Assembly: GCA_963816355.1 (NCBI GenBank)
Contig: CAWFKH010000003.1
Span: 448,001-512,000 of the forward strand
Direction of reading: 5' to 3'
DNA length: 64,000 bases
From: an uncultured Gemmatimonadales bacterium
GTDB lineage: Bacteria; Gemmatimonadota; Gemmatimonadetes; Longimicrobiales; RSA9
The position numbers and the translations under genes are program-made. The first letter of the stretch is position 1. Each line of letters opens with the position of its first letter. The notes beneath the pieces are model-generated. The model ran no database searches. It saw nothing but the letters and a program-made list of their open reading frames with translations, and was not told where the DNA came from. Positions 44,506 to 54,201 of this stretch are shown one piece after another.

Positions 44506-44580
44506 GCGCGCGGCGACATGCGGGCGCGGCGGGGGCCGGCGGGCAGCGATCCTCTCGACGGCGCCGCATCCGGCGGCCTA

Positions 44581-44609
44581 TAGACGCTTTCCCGCCACAT
44601 CCTTACATT
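44581..44609 (+). promoter_or_regulatory. Putative sigma70-type promoter for the DAHP synthase gene
   Basis: TAGACG-N17-TACATT. Confidence 0.45.
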
Positions 44610-44660
44610 CACGGCGCGCGCCATGGGCGCGCTGACTCCGCCATCTTCACGGATGCTGCC

Positions 44661-45707
44661 ATGCTGGTCGTGATGAGCCACGACGCCACGGAGATCGATG
44701 TCCGTCGCGTCGTTTCGACGATCGAGGAACTGGGTTACGAGGCCCGCCCCATACCCGGTCGCCAACGCACCGCCGTCGGTCTGGTCGGGAACGACGGAAA
44801 AGTTGACGGCGCCCGCCTCGAGGCGTTGCCGGGCGTGTTGCAGGTGATCCACGTGACGCAGCCTTACAAGCAGGTGTCGAAGGAGTGGCGAACCGATCCG
44901 ACGGTGATCACGCTGGGCAACGGCACGCGCATCGGCGGCCAGGAGCTCGTGCTGATGGCGGGGCCGTGCTCCGTCGAGTCGGAGGAGCAGATCCTGACGA
45001 TCGCCCACCGGCTGCGCCGCGCGGGCGCGACGGTCCTGCGTGGCGGTGCGTTCAAGCCACGCACCTCGCCGTATTCGTTCCAGGGCCTCGGAGTCGAAGG
45101 ACTGCGCCTGCTCGCGCGCGCCCGGGAGGAGACGGACCTCGCGATCGTGACGGAGGCGCTCGAGCCCGAGACGCTCGATGTCGTCGCCGAATACGCCGAC
45201 ATCGTCCAGATCGGCGCGCGCAACATGCAGAACTATCCGCTTCTGCGGCGGGCGGGTCGTGCCGGCAGGCCGGTGCTGCTGAAGCGCGGCATGGCGGCGA
45301 CGATCAAGGAGCTGCTGCTCGCCGCGGAGTACGTGGTGGCCGAGGGCAACCCGAACGTGGTGCTGTGCGAGCGCGGCGTCCGCAGCTTCGATCCGCAGAC
45401 GCGCAACCTGCTGGACCTCACGGCGATCCCCGTGGTGCACTCGCTCTCGCACCTGCCGATCATCGCCGATCCGAGCCACGGCACCGGCATGCGCTCGAAG
45501 GTGACACCGATGGCGCGAGCCGCGGTCGCGGCGGGCGCGGATGGCCTCATGATCGAGGTGCACCCCAATCCCGACCGCGCGCTCTCCGACGGCGCGCAGT
45601 CGCTCCACCCGGAGCAGTTCGAGGAGCTGATGGAGCAGATCGCCCACATCGCCGAAGCGATCGGGCGCCGTCTCGCGCCCCCGCTCGCGGAGCGCCTCGC
45701 CGTCTGA
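44661..45707 (+). CDS. aroF: DAHP synthase type I-beta with N-terminal regulatory domain
   Basis: AGPCSVE, KPRTSPYSFQG, QIGARNMQN, DPSHG, EVHP, SDG. Confidence 0.95.
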   Translation: MLVVMSHDATEIDVRRVVSTIEELGYEARPIPGRQRTAVGLVGNDGKVDGARLEALPGVLQVIHVTQPYKQVSKEWRTDPTVITLGNGTRIGGQELVLMAGPCSVESEEQILTIAHRLRRAGATVLRGGAFKPRTSPYSFQGLGVEGLRLLARAREETDLAIVTEALEPETLDVVAEYADIVQIGARNMQNYPLLRRAGRAGRPVLLKRGMAATIKELLLAAEYVVAEGNPNVVLCERGVRSFDPQTRNLLDLTAIPVVHSLSHLPIIADPSHGTGMRSKVTPMARAAVAAGADGLMIEVHPNPDRALSDGAQSLHPEQFEELMEQIAHIAEAIGRRLAPPLAERLAV

Positions 45708-45810
45708 GGCGCGGCATCCGTCGCCGCGGCCGGCTGCACCGCCGCGGCGCCGCACGGCACGGACCCGTCCCGCCATGGCGCCGCCCCTCGTGGCGGCGCT
45801 TCTTTCGGCC

Positions 45811-46179
45811 ATGCCTGCATCGCACGAGCTCGGACGTCGCGGCGAGGCGCTGGCGGCGGAATGGCTGCGGCGCCGCGGCTGGCGCATCCTGCACCGCAAT
45901 TTCCGGGAGGGGCGGCGCGAGATCGACCTCGTCGCGCGGCGCGGCGTGACGATCGCTTTCGTCGAGGTGAAGACGCGCACGGACCGCAGCTTCGGCGATC
46001 CGCTCGAGTCGGTCACGCGCGCCAAGCGGCGGGAGATCGAGCGGGTCGCGCGCGGTTGGGCGGCGCGCAACGGGCGGCCCGGCGACTGCTACCGCTTCGA
46101 CGCGATCGGCGTCGTGTGGCCGGCGAACGGGCGTCCGCGCATCGAACACGTGCCGGACGCGTGGCGCCGCGGCGGCTGA
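45811..46179 (+). CDS. YraN family (UPF0102) nuclease-like protein
   Basis: GRRGE, EIDLV, FVEVKTR, RFDAI. Confidence 0.92.
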   Translation: MPASHELGRRGEALAAEWLRRRGWRILHRNFREGRREIDLVARRGVTIAFVEVKTRTDRSFGDPLESVTRAKRREIERVARGWAARNGRPGDCYRFDAIGVVWPANGRPRIEHVPDAWRRGG

Positions 46180-46281
46180 GCGACTACTCGGCCTGCTCGC
46201 GCAGCATCGCGCCGATGCGGGGTCATGCCGCGGCCGCGCTCGGGCGGCATGTCCGCGAGGCGGAGCAGGTCGGGACCCTCG

Positions 46282-46725
46282 CTAGCCGACGAAGCGGCGG
46301 TGGTCGATCATCATGCAGCGATCCTGCACGACCGCGATCCCGGCCCGCGCGAGCTCGGCGGCCACGCGGTCGTGGCGGATCCCCGATTGCATCCAGACGG
46401 CGCGCGGACGGGAGGCGAGGAGGTCGGGCAGGTGGGGCGGGATGTCGCGCGGCCGCCGGAAGACCTCGACGATGTCGATCCCTCCCGGAACCTCCTGCAG
46501 CCGCCGATAGACTTCGCCGCCCAGGATCCGGGTCACTTCCGGGTAGTAGACGGGAACGGGCACGATGTCGTATCCCGCGCTCTGCAGGTAGCGGGGTACG
46601 TAGTGGGCCGGCTGTGACGCGCGCGACTCCGGTTTGATGCCGAGCACGGCAATGCGACGCGCCCCGGCGAGCAGAGCCCGAATGGCGTCGTCGTCGTCCA
46701 CGAGCAGCTCCTCCCATGCCGCCAT
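46282..46725 (-). CDS. CoA-binding protein (YccU-like)
   Basis: IAVLG, YLQSAGY, DIVEVFR, VWMQSGI, VVQDRC. Confidence 0.9.
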   Translation of the reverse strand: MAAWEELLVDDDDAIRALLAGARRIAVLGIKPESRASQPAHYVPRYLQSAGYDIVPVPVYYPEVTRILGGEVYRRLQEVPGGIDIVEVFRRPRDIPPHLPDLLASRPRAVWMQSGIRHDRVAAELARAGIAVVQDRCMMIDHRRFVG

Positions 46726-46744
46726 CTGATTCTCCCGCGCGGAC

Positions 46745-46773
46745 TTGACCCGATGCCGCGCAATCGTTAGCGT
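46745..46773 (+). promoter_or_regulatory. Sigma70-type promoter of SRP RNA
   Basis: TTGACC-N17-TAGCGT ending 6 nt before the RNA 5' end. Confidence 0.7.
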
Positions 46774-46779
46774 GTTCTC

Positions 46780-46881
46780 GGCGTCCCAGGATCCAAGGGC
46801 GTGAACCCACGAACTCCGTCAGGACCCCGCAGGTAGCAGCGGTAAGTGTGGTGAGCGTCGCTTGGGCCATCCTGGGGCGTC
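46780..46881 (+). ncRNA. ffs: Small signal recognition particle RNA (4.5S) with atypical apical loop
   Basis: Long hairpin GGCGTCCCAGGAT...ATCCTGGGGCGTC; conserved GTCAGG...AGCAGC symmetric loop; upstream of dnaX-ybaB-recR; followed by TTCTTTT. Confidence 0.9.
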
Positions 46882-46913
46882 TTCTTTTCCCCCCTGCTTC
46901 CCCTCTTCTGCAC

Positions 46914-46942
46914 TTGCCGTGCGAGCGCGTCGGCCCTAAGGT
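46914..46942 (+). promoter_or_regulatory. Putative sigma70-type promoter for dnaX
   Basis: TTGCCG-N17-TAAGGT. Confidence 0.5.
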
Positions 46943-46987
46943 GACCCGCGGCATCGTCCAACGTTCCCCGCCACGCCCGATCTTCGA

Positions 46988-48847
46988 ATGAGCAGGACCG
47001 CGCTCGCGCGCAAATACCGGCCGCGCCGATTCTCCGAGCTCTCGCGTCAGGAGCACGTCGCCGAGACGCTGAAATCGGCCGTCGCGCGCGGTCGCGTGGC
47101 GCACGCCTACCTCTTTGCCGGTCCCCGCGGCGTGGGCAAGACGACGGCCGCCCGCGTCCTCGCGATGGCGCTCAACTGTCCCAACCGCGGCGAGGACGGC
47201 GAGCCGTGCGGCGCGTGCGAGTCGTGCGAGCGGATCTGGGCCGGCCGCACTTCGCTCGACGTGATCGAGATCGACGCGGCGTCCAACCGCGGCGTCGACG
47301 ACGCGCGCGACCTGCGCGAGCGCGCCATGTACGCGCCCACGGACGAGCACCGCTACAAGGTCTACATCATCGACGAGGCGCACATGCTCACGCGCGAGGC
47401 GTGGAACGCGCTCCTCAAGATCCTCGAGGAGCCGCCGCCCCGCGTGATCTTCGCTTTCGCCACGACGGAGCCGCAGAAGATCCAGCAGGCGGCGCCCCCC
47501 ATCCTGTCGCGCTGCCAGCGCTTCGACTTCCGCCGCATCGGGGTCACGGCGATCGTCGAGCGGCTCACCGAGGTCCTCGCGCGCGAGGGCGTTGAGGCGG
47601 AGCCGGAGGCGCTCACCGCGCTGGCGCGCCGCGCCGAAGGAGGCCTGCGCGACGCCCTGTCGCTCCTCGACCAGGTCCTCTCGGTCGTGGACGAGCGCGT
47701 CTCCCTGGAGGATGTGACGCGCCTCCTCGGCGTCGTCGCCGACGAGGTCTACGTCGACCTCTTCGAGATCCTCGCCGACCGCCGTCATGGCGACATCTTC
47801 CGCTTCGTCCAGGCGCTCGTCGACGAAGGCTACGACCTCACCGAGTTCTATCGCGGCCTGGCCAATGCGCTGCGCACCCGCCTCGTCGCCTGCTTCGACG
47901 GCGCCGCGGAGATCGACGTCCGCGAGGACCTGCGTGCGCCGATCGCCCAGCAGGCAGCCCGCTTCGCGCCGGGCGACCTGCTGCGCATGCTCTCCCACGT
48001 CGCCGAGATCGACGTCGAGGGACGCTTCCGCAAGAGCGGCAACCCGCGCGTCCTCATCGAGACGATGCTGCTCCGTTTCGCCCACCTCGACCGCACCGTC
48101 GAGATCGAGACGCTCATCCACGACCTCGAGGGCGCTCCCGACGGCGGCGGCCCGTCCCACTCCCCGGCGCCTCGCGCGCCGACGTCGCGCGGCGGCGGCG
48201 GCGGATCCGGCGGTGCGACACGCCCGCCCGCCGGGACCGCGGGCCGCTCCGGGGACGCGGCGCCGCGCGGCCCCGGCGGCGCTCCCCCGCGGGGCGCAGC
48301 CCGTGCGCCCGATGGCGGCGCATCGAGGTCGTCCTCGGCGCGGCCGGAAGCCTACGGCGGCGGCGGCGCGACCGCCGCCGCGGCCGGCGGCTCGACGGCG
48401 CTCGTGGCGGAGCGCCACGCCGCGCCGCCGCACCGCGCGGCAGTGGACGCCGCGCCGGCGGGCCAGGGCGACGCCGAACGGGCGTTCCGCCGCGTCCTCA
48501 CCACCGAGACGCTGCCGGCTGGAATGGGCCCGTTCCTGCGCGCCGCGCAGATCGCCGAGCCGGTCCGCGGCCGCGTCCGCATCGCGTTGCCCGCGGGGCC
48601 CGGCCTCGAGCGCCTCGCTTCCGATGGCGCCGCGAGGGCCGGTCTGCAGCGGGCGCTGCGCGAGGCGCTCGGGCGCGCGGTCGAGCTGGAAGTCACGGCC
48701 GCCACGGCCACGCGAGGAGGCGATGCGGCCGCGCCGGCGCGCCTCACCGCCGAGCGGGTCCGCATCGACCGTCTGGAGCGCATGACGCGCGAGGAACCGG
48801 AGCTTCGGCGGGTGGTAGAAGAATGGGACCTCGAGCTCCTGGAATGA
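46988..48847 (+). CDS. dnaX: DNA polymerase III subunit gamma/tau
   Basis: ARKYRP, GPRGVGKTT, EIDAAS, IDEAHML, SRCQ; long Gly/Ala/Pro linker. Confidence 0.97.
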   Translation: MSRTALARKYRPRRFSELSRQEHVAETLKSAVARGRVAHAYLFAGPRGVGKTTAARVLAMALNCPNRGEDGEPCGACESCERIWAGRTSLDVIEIDAASNRGVDDARDLRERAMYAPTDEHRYKVYIIDEAHMLTREAWNALLKILEEPPPRVIFAFATTEPQKIQQAAPPILSRCQRFDFRRIGVTAIVERLTEVLAREGVEAEPEALTALARRAEGGLRDALSLLDQVLSVVDERVSLEDVTRLLGVVADEVYVDLFEILADRRHGDIFRFVQALVDEGYDLTEFYRGLANALRTRLVACFDGAAEIDVREDLRAPIAQQAARFAPGDLLRMLSHVAEIDVEGRFRKSGNPRVLIETMLLRFAHLDRTVEIETLIHDLEGAPDGGGPSHSPAPRAPTSRGGGGGSGGATRPPAGTAGRSGDAAPRGPGGAPPRGAARAPDGGASRSSSARPEAYGGGGATAAAAGGSTALVAERHAAPPHRAAVDAAPAGQGDAERAFRRVLTTETLPAGMGPFLRAAQIAEPVRGRVRIALPAGPGLERLASDGAARAGLQRALREALGRAVELEVTAATATRGGDAAAPARLTAERVRIDRLERMTREEPELRRVVEEWDLELLE

Positions 48848-48941
48848 CGCCGTGGTCGGTGAGCGTGCACCGCGGTTCTGCCTTGCGATCCGCGATGCGC
48901 GCCGTCTATGTTGCATGTTCTCCCGACCGGGAATCGGAGGC

Positions 48942-49265
48942 ATGACGAATCTGCAGCAGATCCTCCAGATGGGCCAGCAGGTGCAGGCCCGGATGACGGA
49001 GCTCCAGACGGAGCTCGACAAGCGCACGATCCAGTGCTCGAGTGGTGGCGGCATGGTCACGGTCACGGCGGACGGCCGCGGCCGCGTCCGTGAGGTGAAG
49101 ATCGATCCGTCCGTCGTCGATGCGACCGACGTCGAGATGCTGGAGGACCTCGTGCTCGCCGCCGTCTCCGAGGCGCAGCAGAGGGCGCAGCACGTCTACG
49201 AGGAGGAGCTGAAGAAGCTCGGGGGAGGCCTGCCGCTCCCGTTCCAGCTCCCGAACTTCCCATAG
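48942..49265 (+). CDS. ybaB: YbaB/EbfC nucleoid-associated protein
   Basis: SGGGMVTV, DVEMLEDLVLAA; ATG after GGAGG. Confidence 0.94.
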   Translation: MTNLQQILQMGQQVQARMTELQTELDKRTIQCSSGGGMVTVTADGRGRVREVKIDPSVVDATDVEMLEDLVLAAVSEAQQRAQHVYEEELKKLGGGLPLPFQLPNFP

Positions 49266-49308
49266 TCCGGGAGCGCGTGCGCAGCTCCCCGTCGCGCGCC
49301 TGGAACGG

Positions 49309-49899
49309 ATGTCGGCGATCGATTCCCTGGTAGCGGAGTTCGCGAGGCTCCCGGGGATCGGCCGCAAAACGGCGCTCCGGCTCACGTTCTTCCTCCTGAA
49401 GCGACCGCCCGAGGAGATCCGACGGCTGTCGGCGGCGCTGGACGGCGTGGCGGCCCGCGTGCGCGCCTGCTCGCGCTGCGGCAACCTGACCGAGGAGGAT
49501 CCGTGCGACGTCTGCGCCGATCCGCGGCGTGACGCGAGCCTCGTCTGCGTCGTCGAGGAAGCGTCCGACATCGGCGCGATCGAACGGACGGGGGAGTACC
49601 GCGGCGTGTATCACGTGCTCGGCGGCCGCCTTTCCCCACTGGAGGGGATCGGTCCGGAGGACCTCAACATCCGCTCTCTGGTGGAGCGTGTCGGCGATGG
49701 AGCCGCGGTTCGCGAGGTGATCGTCGCGACCAATCCGAGCGTGGAAGGCGAGGCGACGGCGATCTACCTCCACAAGTTGATCGGGCCGCTCGGCGTGCGC
49801 GTGACGCGGCTGGCGCGCGGTCTGCCGGTCGGCGGCGATCTGGAGTACGCCGACGGCGTGACGATCGCGCAGGCGCTCGCGGGGCGGCGAGAATTCTGA
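49309..49899 (+). CDS. recR: Recombination mediator RecR
   Basis: LPGIGRKTA, C4 zinc finger, EGEATA, EYADG. Confidence 0.98.
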   Translation: MSAIDSLVAEFARLPGIGRKTALRLTFFLLKRPPEEIRRLSAALDGVAARVRACSRCGNLTEEDPCDVCADPRRDASLVCVVEEASDIGAIERTGEYRGVYHVLGGRLSPLEGIGPEDLNIRSLVERVGDGAAVREVIVATNPSVEGEATAIYLHKLIGPLGVRVTRLARGLPVGGDLEYADGVTIAQALAGRREF

Positions 49900-49937
49900 A
49901 TTTCGGAGAGATCCGATCCCGACAGGAGGAGGAGTCG

Positions 49938-50261
49938 ATGAAGGGCGGCAGGGCGGTCAAGACCATGGGTCTCATCGTCCTCGTGCTGGGCGCGGCGGCG
50001 GCGCTCGGCGCCCTCGTCGTGCGCGACCAGATCTCACGCAGCCGACGCGATCTGTTCAGCGCGCAGCCCCTGCGCCGCCTCGCCGCGCTCAGCTATCTGG
50101 CGGGCCACGACGGCAGCGTGGAAGTGGTCCAGCTCCTGCGCGACTTCATCGCCTGGGAGCCGCGGCCGCTGATCCGCAAGCGCGCCGTCCAGATCGTGCA
50201 GCGGATGGAGCGGTCGATGAAGGCGGCGGCGGCGACCCAGCCCGAAGAGGTCGCCGGATGA
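49938..50261 (+). CDS. Membrane-anchored hypothetical protein with HEAT-like helices
   Basis: Strong SD AGGAGG; TM LIVLVLGAAAALGALVV; PLRRLAALSYL; stop overlaps mglB start. Confidence 0.75.
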   Translation: MKGGRAVKTMGLIVLVLGAAAALGALVVRDQISRSRRDLFSAQPLRRLAALSYLAGHDGSVEVVQLLRDFIAWEPRPLIRKRAVQIVQRMERSMKAAAATQPEEVAG

Positions 50262-50752
50262 GGAGCGGCGACGGGATCGGCTCTCTCGCTGCCCCGGATC
50301 TGGAGCGCCTCGGTGAGATCCTCGAGTCGTACCGGACGGGGACACGCGCCCGTTACGCCGCCCTGATCGACCGGGGCGGTCAGCTTCTCACCGCGACCGG
50401 CGACACGCGCGGCCTCGACGACACGTCCTTCGCGTCGCTCGCGGCCGCGGACTTCGCAGCGAGCAACCAGTTGGCGGTACTGCTCGGGGAGGAGGAGTTT
50501 CGGGCGCTCTTTCACCGGGGCGACGGTGAGGGGATGTACCTCCTGGACGTCGCCGGCGCCGCGATCCTCGCGGTGATCTTCGGTCAGGATTCGACGCTCG
50601 GCCTGTTGCGGTTGAAGAGCAGGGAGGTGCTGCCAAGGCTGGCGGAGGTCTTCGCCGAGCTGAGCGGCCGCCGGAGCGCCCAGGTGTCGCCGTTCGGCGA
50701 CGGCTGGCTCGCCGAGGCGGAGGACGAGATCGACCGCCTCTTCGGCGGATGA
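50258..50752 (+). CDS. mglB: Roadblock/LC7 protein MglB
   Basis: [33 protein letters not shown]; precedes mglA. Confidence 0.9.
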   Translation: MRSGDGIGSLAAPDLERLGEILESYRTGTRARYAALIDRGGQLLTATGDTRGLDDTSFASLAAADFAASNQLAVLLGEEEFRALFHRGDGEGMYLLDVAGAAILAVIFGQDSTLGLLRLKSREVLPRLAEVFAELSGRRSAQVSPFGDGWLAEAEDEIDRLFGG

Positions 50753-50768
50753 GCGGAGGAGTCGGCCG

Positions 50769-51347
50769 ATGTCGATGATCAACTACGCGAGCCGGGAGAT
50801 CAACTGCAAGCTTGTCTATTACGGTCCCGGCCTCGGCGGCAAGACGACGAACCTCGAGTACGTCTACGACAAGGTCCAGCCGGAAACGCGCGGAAAGCTG
50901 ATCTCGCTGGCGACGGAGACGGAGCGGACGCTCTTCTTCGACTTCCTGCCCGTGGACCTGGGCGCGATCCGCGGCTTCAAGACGCGCTTCCACCTCTACA
51001 CCGTTCCGGGGCAGGTCTACTACAACGCGAGCCGCCGCCTCATCCTGAAGGGGGTCGACGGCGTCGTCTTCGTGGCGGACTCCCAGGTCGAGCGCATGGA
51101 CGCCAATCTCGCCTCCATGCAGAACCTGTTCGAGAACCTCGCGGACTACGGCTACGATCCGTATCAGCTCCCGGTCGTCATCCAGTACAACAAGCGCGAC
51201 CTGCCGAACGCCGTCCGCAGCGACGAGCTTCGTGCGCAGCTGAATCCGATGGGCTGGCCCGACTACGAAGCCGTGGCGGTCACCGGCAGCGGCGTCTTCG
51301 ATACGCTCAGGGCGGCGGGCAAGCTGGTGTTGAAGTCCCTCGGCTGA
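50769..51347 (+). CDS. mglA: Small GTPase MglA
   Basis: [35 protein letters not shown]. Confidence 0.96.
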   Translation: MSMINYASREINCKLVYYGPGLGGKTTNLEYVYDKVQPETRGKLISLATETERTLFFDFLPVDLGAIRGFKTRFHLYTVPGQVYYNASRRLILKGVDGVVFVADSQVERMDANLASMQNLFENLADYGYDPYQLPVVIQYNKRDLPNAVRSDELRAQLNPMGWPDYEAVAVTGSGVFDTLRAAGKLVLKSLG

Positions 51348-51354
51348 GACGGAC

Positions 51355-51999
51355 ATGCCGCTGATCCGGGCGAGCGCCTGGCCGAACATCATCACGGTGG
51401 CGCGCGTCGTCATGGCGCCCGTCGTCTTCCTGCTGGTCTTCCTGCCGAGCATCACCGCGCGCTCGCTCGCGTTCGTCCTCTTCCTCGCGGCGGCGCTCTC
51501 CGACCTGTGGGACGGCTATCTCGCGCGCAAGCACGGCTGGATCTCGGACTTCGGCAAGCTGTTCGACCCGATCGCGGACAAGCTGCTGCTCGCCGCCACG
51601 TTCCTTCCGTTCTACATCCTCTCGCACTCGACGCGGCCGGTGGGCGCCATCCCATGGTGGGGTCCCTTCCCTCTGTGGATCCTCCTCCTCGTGTTCGGCC
51701 GGGAGGCGCTGGTCACGGCGCTGCGCTCCGTCGCGGCGAGACGCGGCCTGATTCTGCCCGCGGGCGCGGCGGGCAAGCTGAAGGCGGTCTTTCAGAACAT
51801 CTTCGTCGGCTGCGTGCTGGTGTGGTACGCGCTGCAGACGGCGGCGCTGCGCTACCACTGGAGGGGCCGCTTGTGGGACACGTGGCAGGTGTTCCACGCC
51901 ACGGTGCTGAACGTGAGCCTCGGCCTCGCGCTGGCGCTGACGATCTATTCGCTCGCCGTCTACCTGCGTAGCTGGGCGGCCCTGCGCGCCTCGCCGTGA
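51355..51999 (+). CDS. pgsA: CDP-alcohol phosphatidyltransferase (PgsA-like)
   Basis: PNIIT..R, SDLWDGYLAR, GKLFDPIADK, GKLK. Confidence 0.88.
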   Translation: MPLIRASAWPNIITVARVVMAPVVFLLVFLPSITARSLAFVLFLAAALSDLWDGYLARKHGWISDFGKLFDPIADKLLLAATFLPFYILSHSTRPVGAIPWWGPFPLWILLLVFGREALVTALRSVAARRGLILPAGAAGKLKAVFQNIFVGCVLVWYALQTAALRYHWRGRLWDTWQVFHATVLNVSLGLALALTIYSLAVYLRSWAALRASP

Positions 52000-53279
52000 G
52001 CCTCGTGCCGGCCGCCGAGCCGCGGCCCGCGGCGGGTACGATCGAGCTCGTCACGATCGGCAACGAGCTGCTTCTCGGGGCGACGCTGGACACGAACGCC
52101 GCCTGGCTGGGCCGCACGCTCGCGACGGCAGGACTCCGGCTCGCGCGCCACGCGACCGTAGGCGACGACGCGGAGGCGATCCGCGCGGCAGTCGCCGACG
52201 CCCTCGGGCGCAGCGGCACCGTTCTCTGCAGCGGCGGCCTCGGTCCCACCAGCGACGACATCACGAGGCCGGCCGTGGCCGCGCTCCTCCAGCGTCCGCT
52301 CCACGTCGACGCCGCCCTGTTGGAGGGCGTGCGCGCGCGTTTCGAGCGGCGTGGGCTCGTGATGCCGGAGTCGAGCCGGAACCAGGCGGAGGTCCCGGAG
52401 GGCGCCCGCGTCCTGGCGAATCCGCGCGGCACCGCGCCCGGACTCGTACTGGAGGACGAGCGCGGCGCCGTCGTGCTGCTGCCGGGCGTGCCGCATGAGT
52501 TCCGCGGCCTGGTCGCCGACGAGGTGCTCCCCTTTCTCCGGGCCCGGCTCGCGCCGCAGGCGCCGATCCTCCATCGTCTGGTGCGGACGTTCGGTCTCAC
52601 GGAGTCGGCCGTGGCGGATCGCGTCGAGGCGCTGATCCCCGAACTCGCTCCGCTCACGGTCGCCTTCCTCCCCTCGTGGACCGGCGTCGACCTGCGCGTC
52701 ACGTCGTGGGGCGCGTTCGCAGATGAGGTTTCGGCGGAAGCGCTGGATGCCGCCGCGGCGACGCTCGCGGAGCCGCTCGGCGCCCACGTCTACGCTCGCG
52801 CGGACCGTGACCTCGCCGACGTCGTGGGTGCGGCGCTGCGGCGCGGCGGACTCGTGGTCGCGACCGCCGAGAGCTGCACCGGCGGCCTCGTCGGCGAGCG
52901 GCTGACGGCGAGCGCCGGGGCGTCGGACTACTACCACGGGGGCGTCGTGGCGTACGACGACGACGCGAAGGTGAGCCTGCTCGGCGTAGCGCGGACGACA
53001 CTGGCGGAGCACGGGGCGGTGAGCGGCGAGACGGCCGCCGCGATGGTGACGGGCGTGCGGGCGCGGACCGCCGCCGACGCCGCGGTCGCGGTGACGGGCA
53101 TCGCGGGGCCGGGGGGCGGCACTGCGGAGAAGCCGGTGGGCACGGTGTGGATCGCCGCGGGGCTGGGCGAGCGGGTGGAGACGCAGCGCCTCTCGCTTCC
53201 TGGCGACCGCACGGAGGTGCGCCGGCGTTCCTCCCAGGGCGTTCTCATGCTCCTGCTGCGGCTGCTCCAAGATCGCTGA
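51996..53279 (+). CDS. cinA: CinA (molybdopterin-binding-like domain + NMN deamidase)
   Basis: IGNELLLG, GGLGPTSDDIT, GTAPG, AESCTGG, TGIAGPGGG..KPVG. Confidence 0.95.
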   Translation: MSLVPAAEPRPAAGTIELVTIGNELLLGATLDTNAAWLGRTLATAGLRLARHATVGDDAEAIRAAVADALGRSGTVLCSGGLGPTSDDITRPAVAALLQRPLHVDAALLEGVRARFERRGLVMPESSRNQAEVPEGARVLANPRGTAPGLVLEDERGAVVLLPGVPHEFRGLVADEVLPFLRARLAPQAPILHRLVRTFGLTESAVADRVEALIPELAPLTVAFLPSWTGVDLRVTSWGAFADEVSAEALDAAAATLAEPLGAHVYARADRDLADVVGAALRRGGLVVATAESCTGGLVGERLTASAGASDYYHGGVVAYDDDAKVSLLGVARTTLAEHGAVSGETAAAMVTGVRARTAADAAVAVTGIAGPGGGTAEKPVGTVWIAAGLGERVETQRLSLPGDRTEVRRRSSQGVLMLLLRLLQDR

Positions 53280-53291
53280 ACGGGAGGTGGC

Positions 53292-54170
53292 GTGAACATC
53301 GCGCGCAACCACGGCTACCTGGACGGGGTGGGCCGCATCCGGCTGCAGTTCGCGAGCGTGGAGGTCCCGCGGCCGCGGGGCGTGCTCGTGCTGGTGCACG
53401 GCCTTTCCGACCACGGCGGGCGCTACGACGGCTTCGCGCAAGCAATGGCCGCGCACGGCTTCTCCACGTTCGCCCTCGATCTGCGGGGGCACGGCCGCTC
53501 GGAGGGCCGCCGCGGCCACGTCAGACGATTCGGCCTCTTTCTACAGGATCTCGAGCGGTTCCGCCGTGAGGTGCAGGGCGCGGTCTCGGCGGCGACGCCG
53601 CTCTTCCTCATGGGCGTCTCCATGGGCGGTCTCGTCGCCGTGCGCTACGCCCAGGAGTGCGAGGCGTCCTTCCGCGGCGTCATCCTCGCCTCGCCCTGGC
53701 TCGGGACCGCGCTGCACACGCCGGCCTGGAAGATCCACCTCGCCGATGCCCTCGATCGCGTGCTTCCAGCCTTCCCGTTCCCGCTCGGGCTCCGCCCGGA
53801 GGACCTCAGCCACGATCCCGCCGTCGTGCGGGGCTACCGCGCGGACCCGCTGGTCCACCAGCGCGTCACGCCGCGGCTCTTCGCGGAGGTGAATCGTGCG
53901 ATCTCGCGCGCGTACGAGCGCGCCGACGCCTTCCGCGCTCCGGTCCTGTTCCTCCTGCCTGGCGCCGACCGGATCGTCGACACGGAGCGCTCGCTCGCCT
54001 TCTCGCGCGCGGTCGCGTCCGAGGACGCCACGGTCCGCGTCTACCCGGATTTCTTCCATGAAGTGCTGCTCGAACGCGATCGGCGGCTGGCGCTCGAGGA
54101 TGTGAAGAGCTGGCTCGTCGAGCGCGTGGGGGCGCGCTCGGAGAACTCAGCCACGCTGCTCCGTGTATGA
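53292..54170 (+). CDS. Alpha/beta hydrolase (lysophospholipase-like)
   Basis: HGLSDH, DLRGHGRS, GVSMGG nucleophile elbow, ADRIV, HEV. Confidence 0.9.
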   Translation: MNIARNHGYLDGVGRIRLQFASVEVPRPRGVLVLVHGLSDHGGRYDGFAQAMAAHGFSTFALDLRGHGRSEGRRGHVRRFGLFLQDLERFRREVQGAVSAATPLFLMGVSMGGLVAVRYAQECEASFRGVILASPWLGTALHTPAWKIHLADALDRVLPAFPFPLGLRPEDLSHDPAVVRGYRADPLVHQRVTPRLFAEVNRAISRAYERADAFRAPVLFLLPGADRIVDTERSLAFSRAVASEDATVRVYPDFFHEVLLERDRRLALEDVKSWLVERVGARSENSATLLRV

Positions 54171-54201
54171 GTCTACAATGACTCGTAAAGGACGGAGGAG
54201 C

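Noticed and set aside
48120..48480. Programmed frameshift or insertion in dnaX
   Set aside because: No A-rich slippery run; the segment is an in-frame low-complexity linker typical of tau
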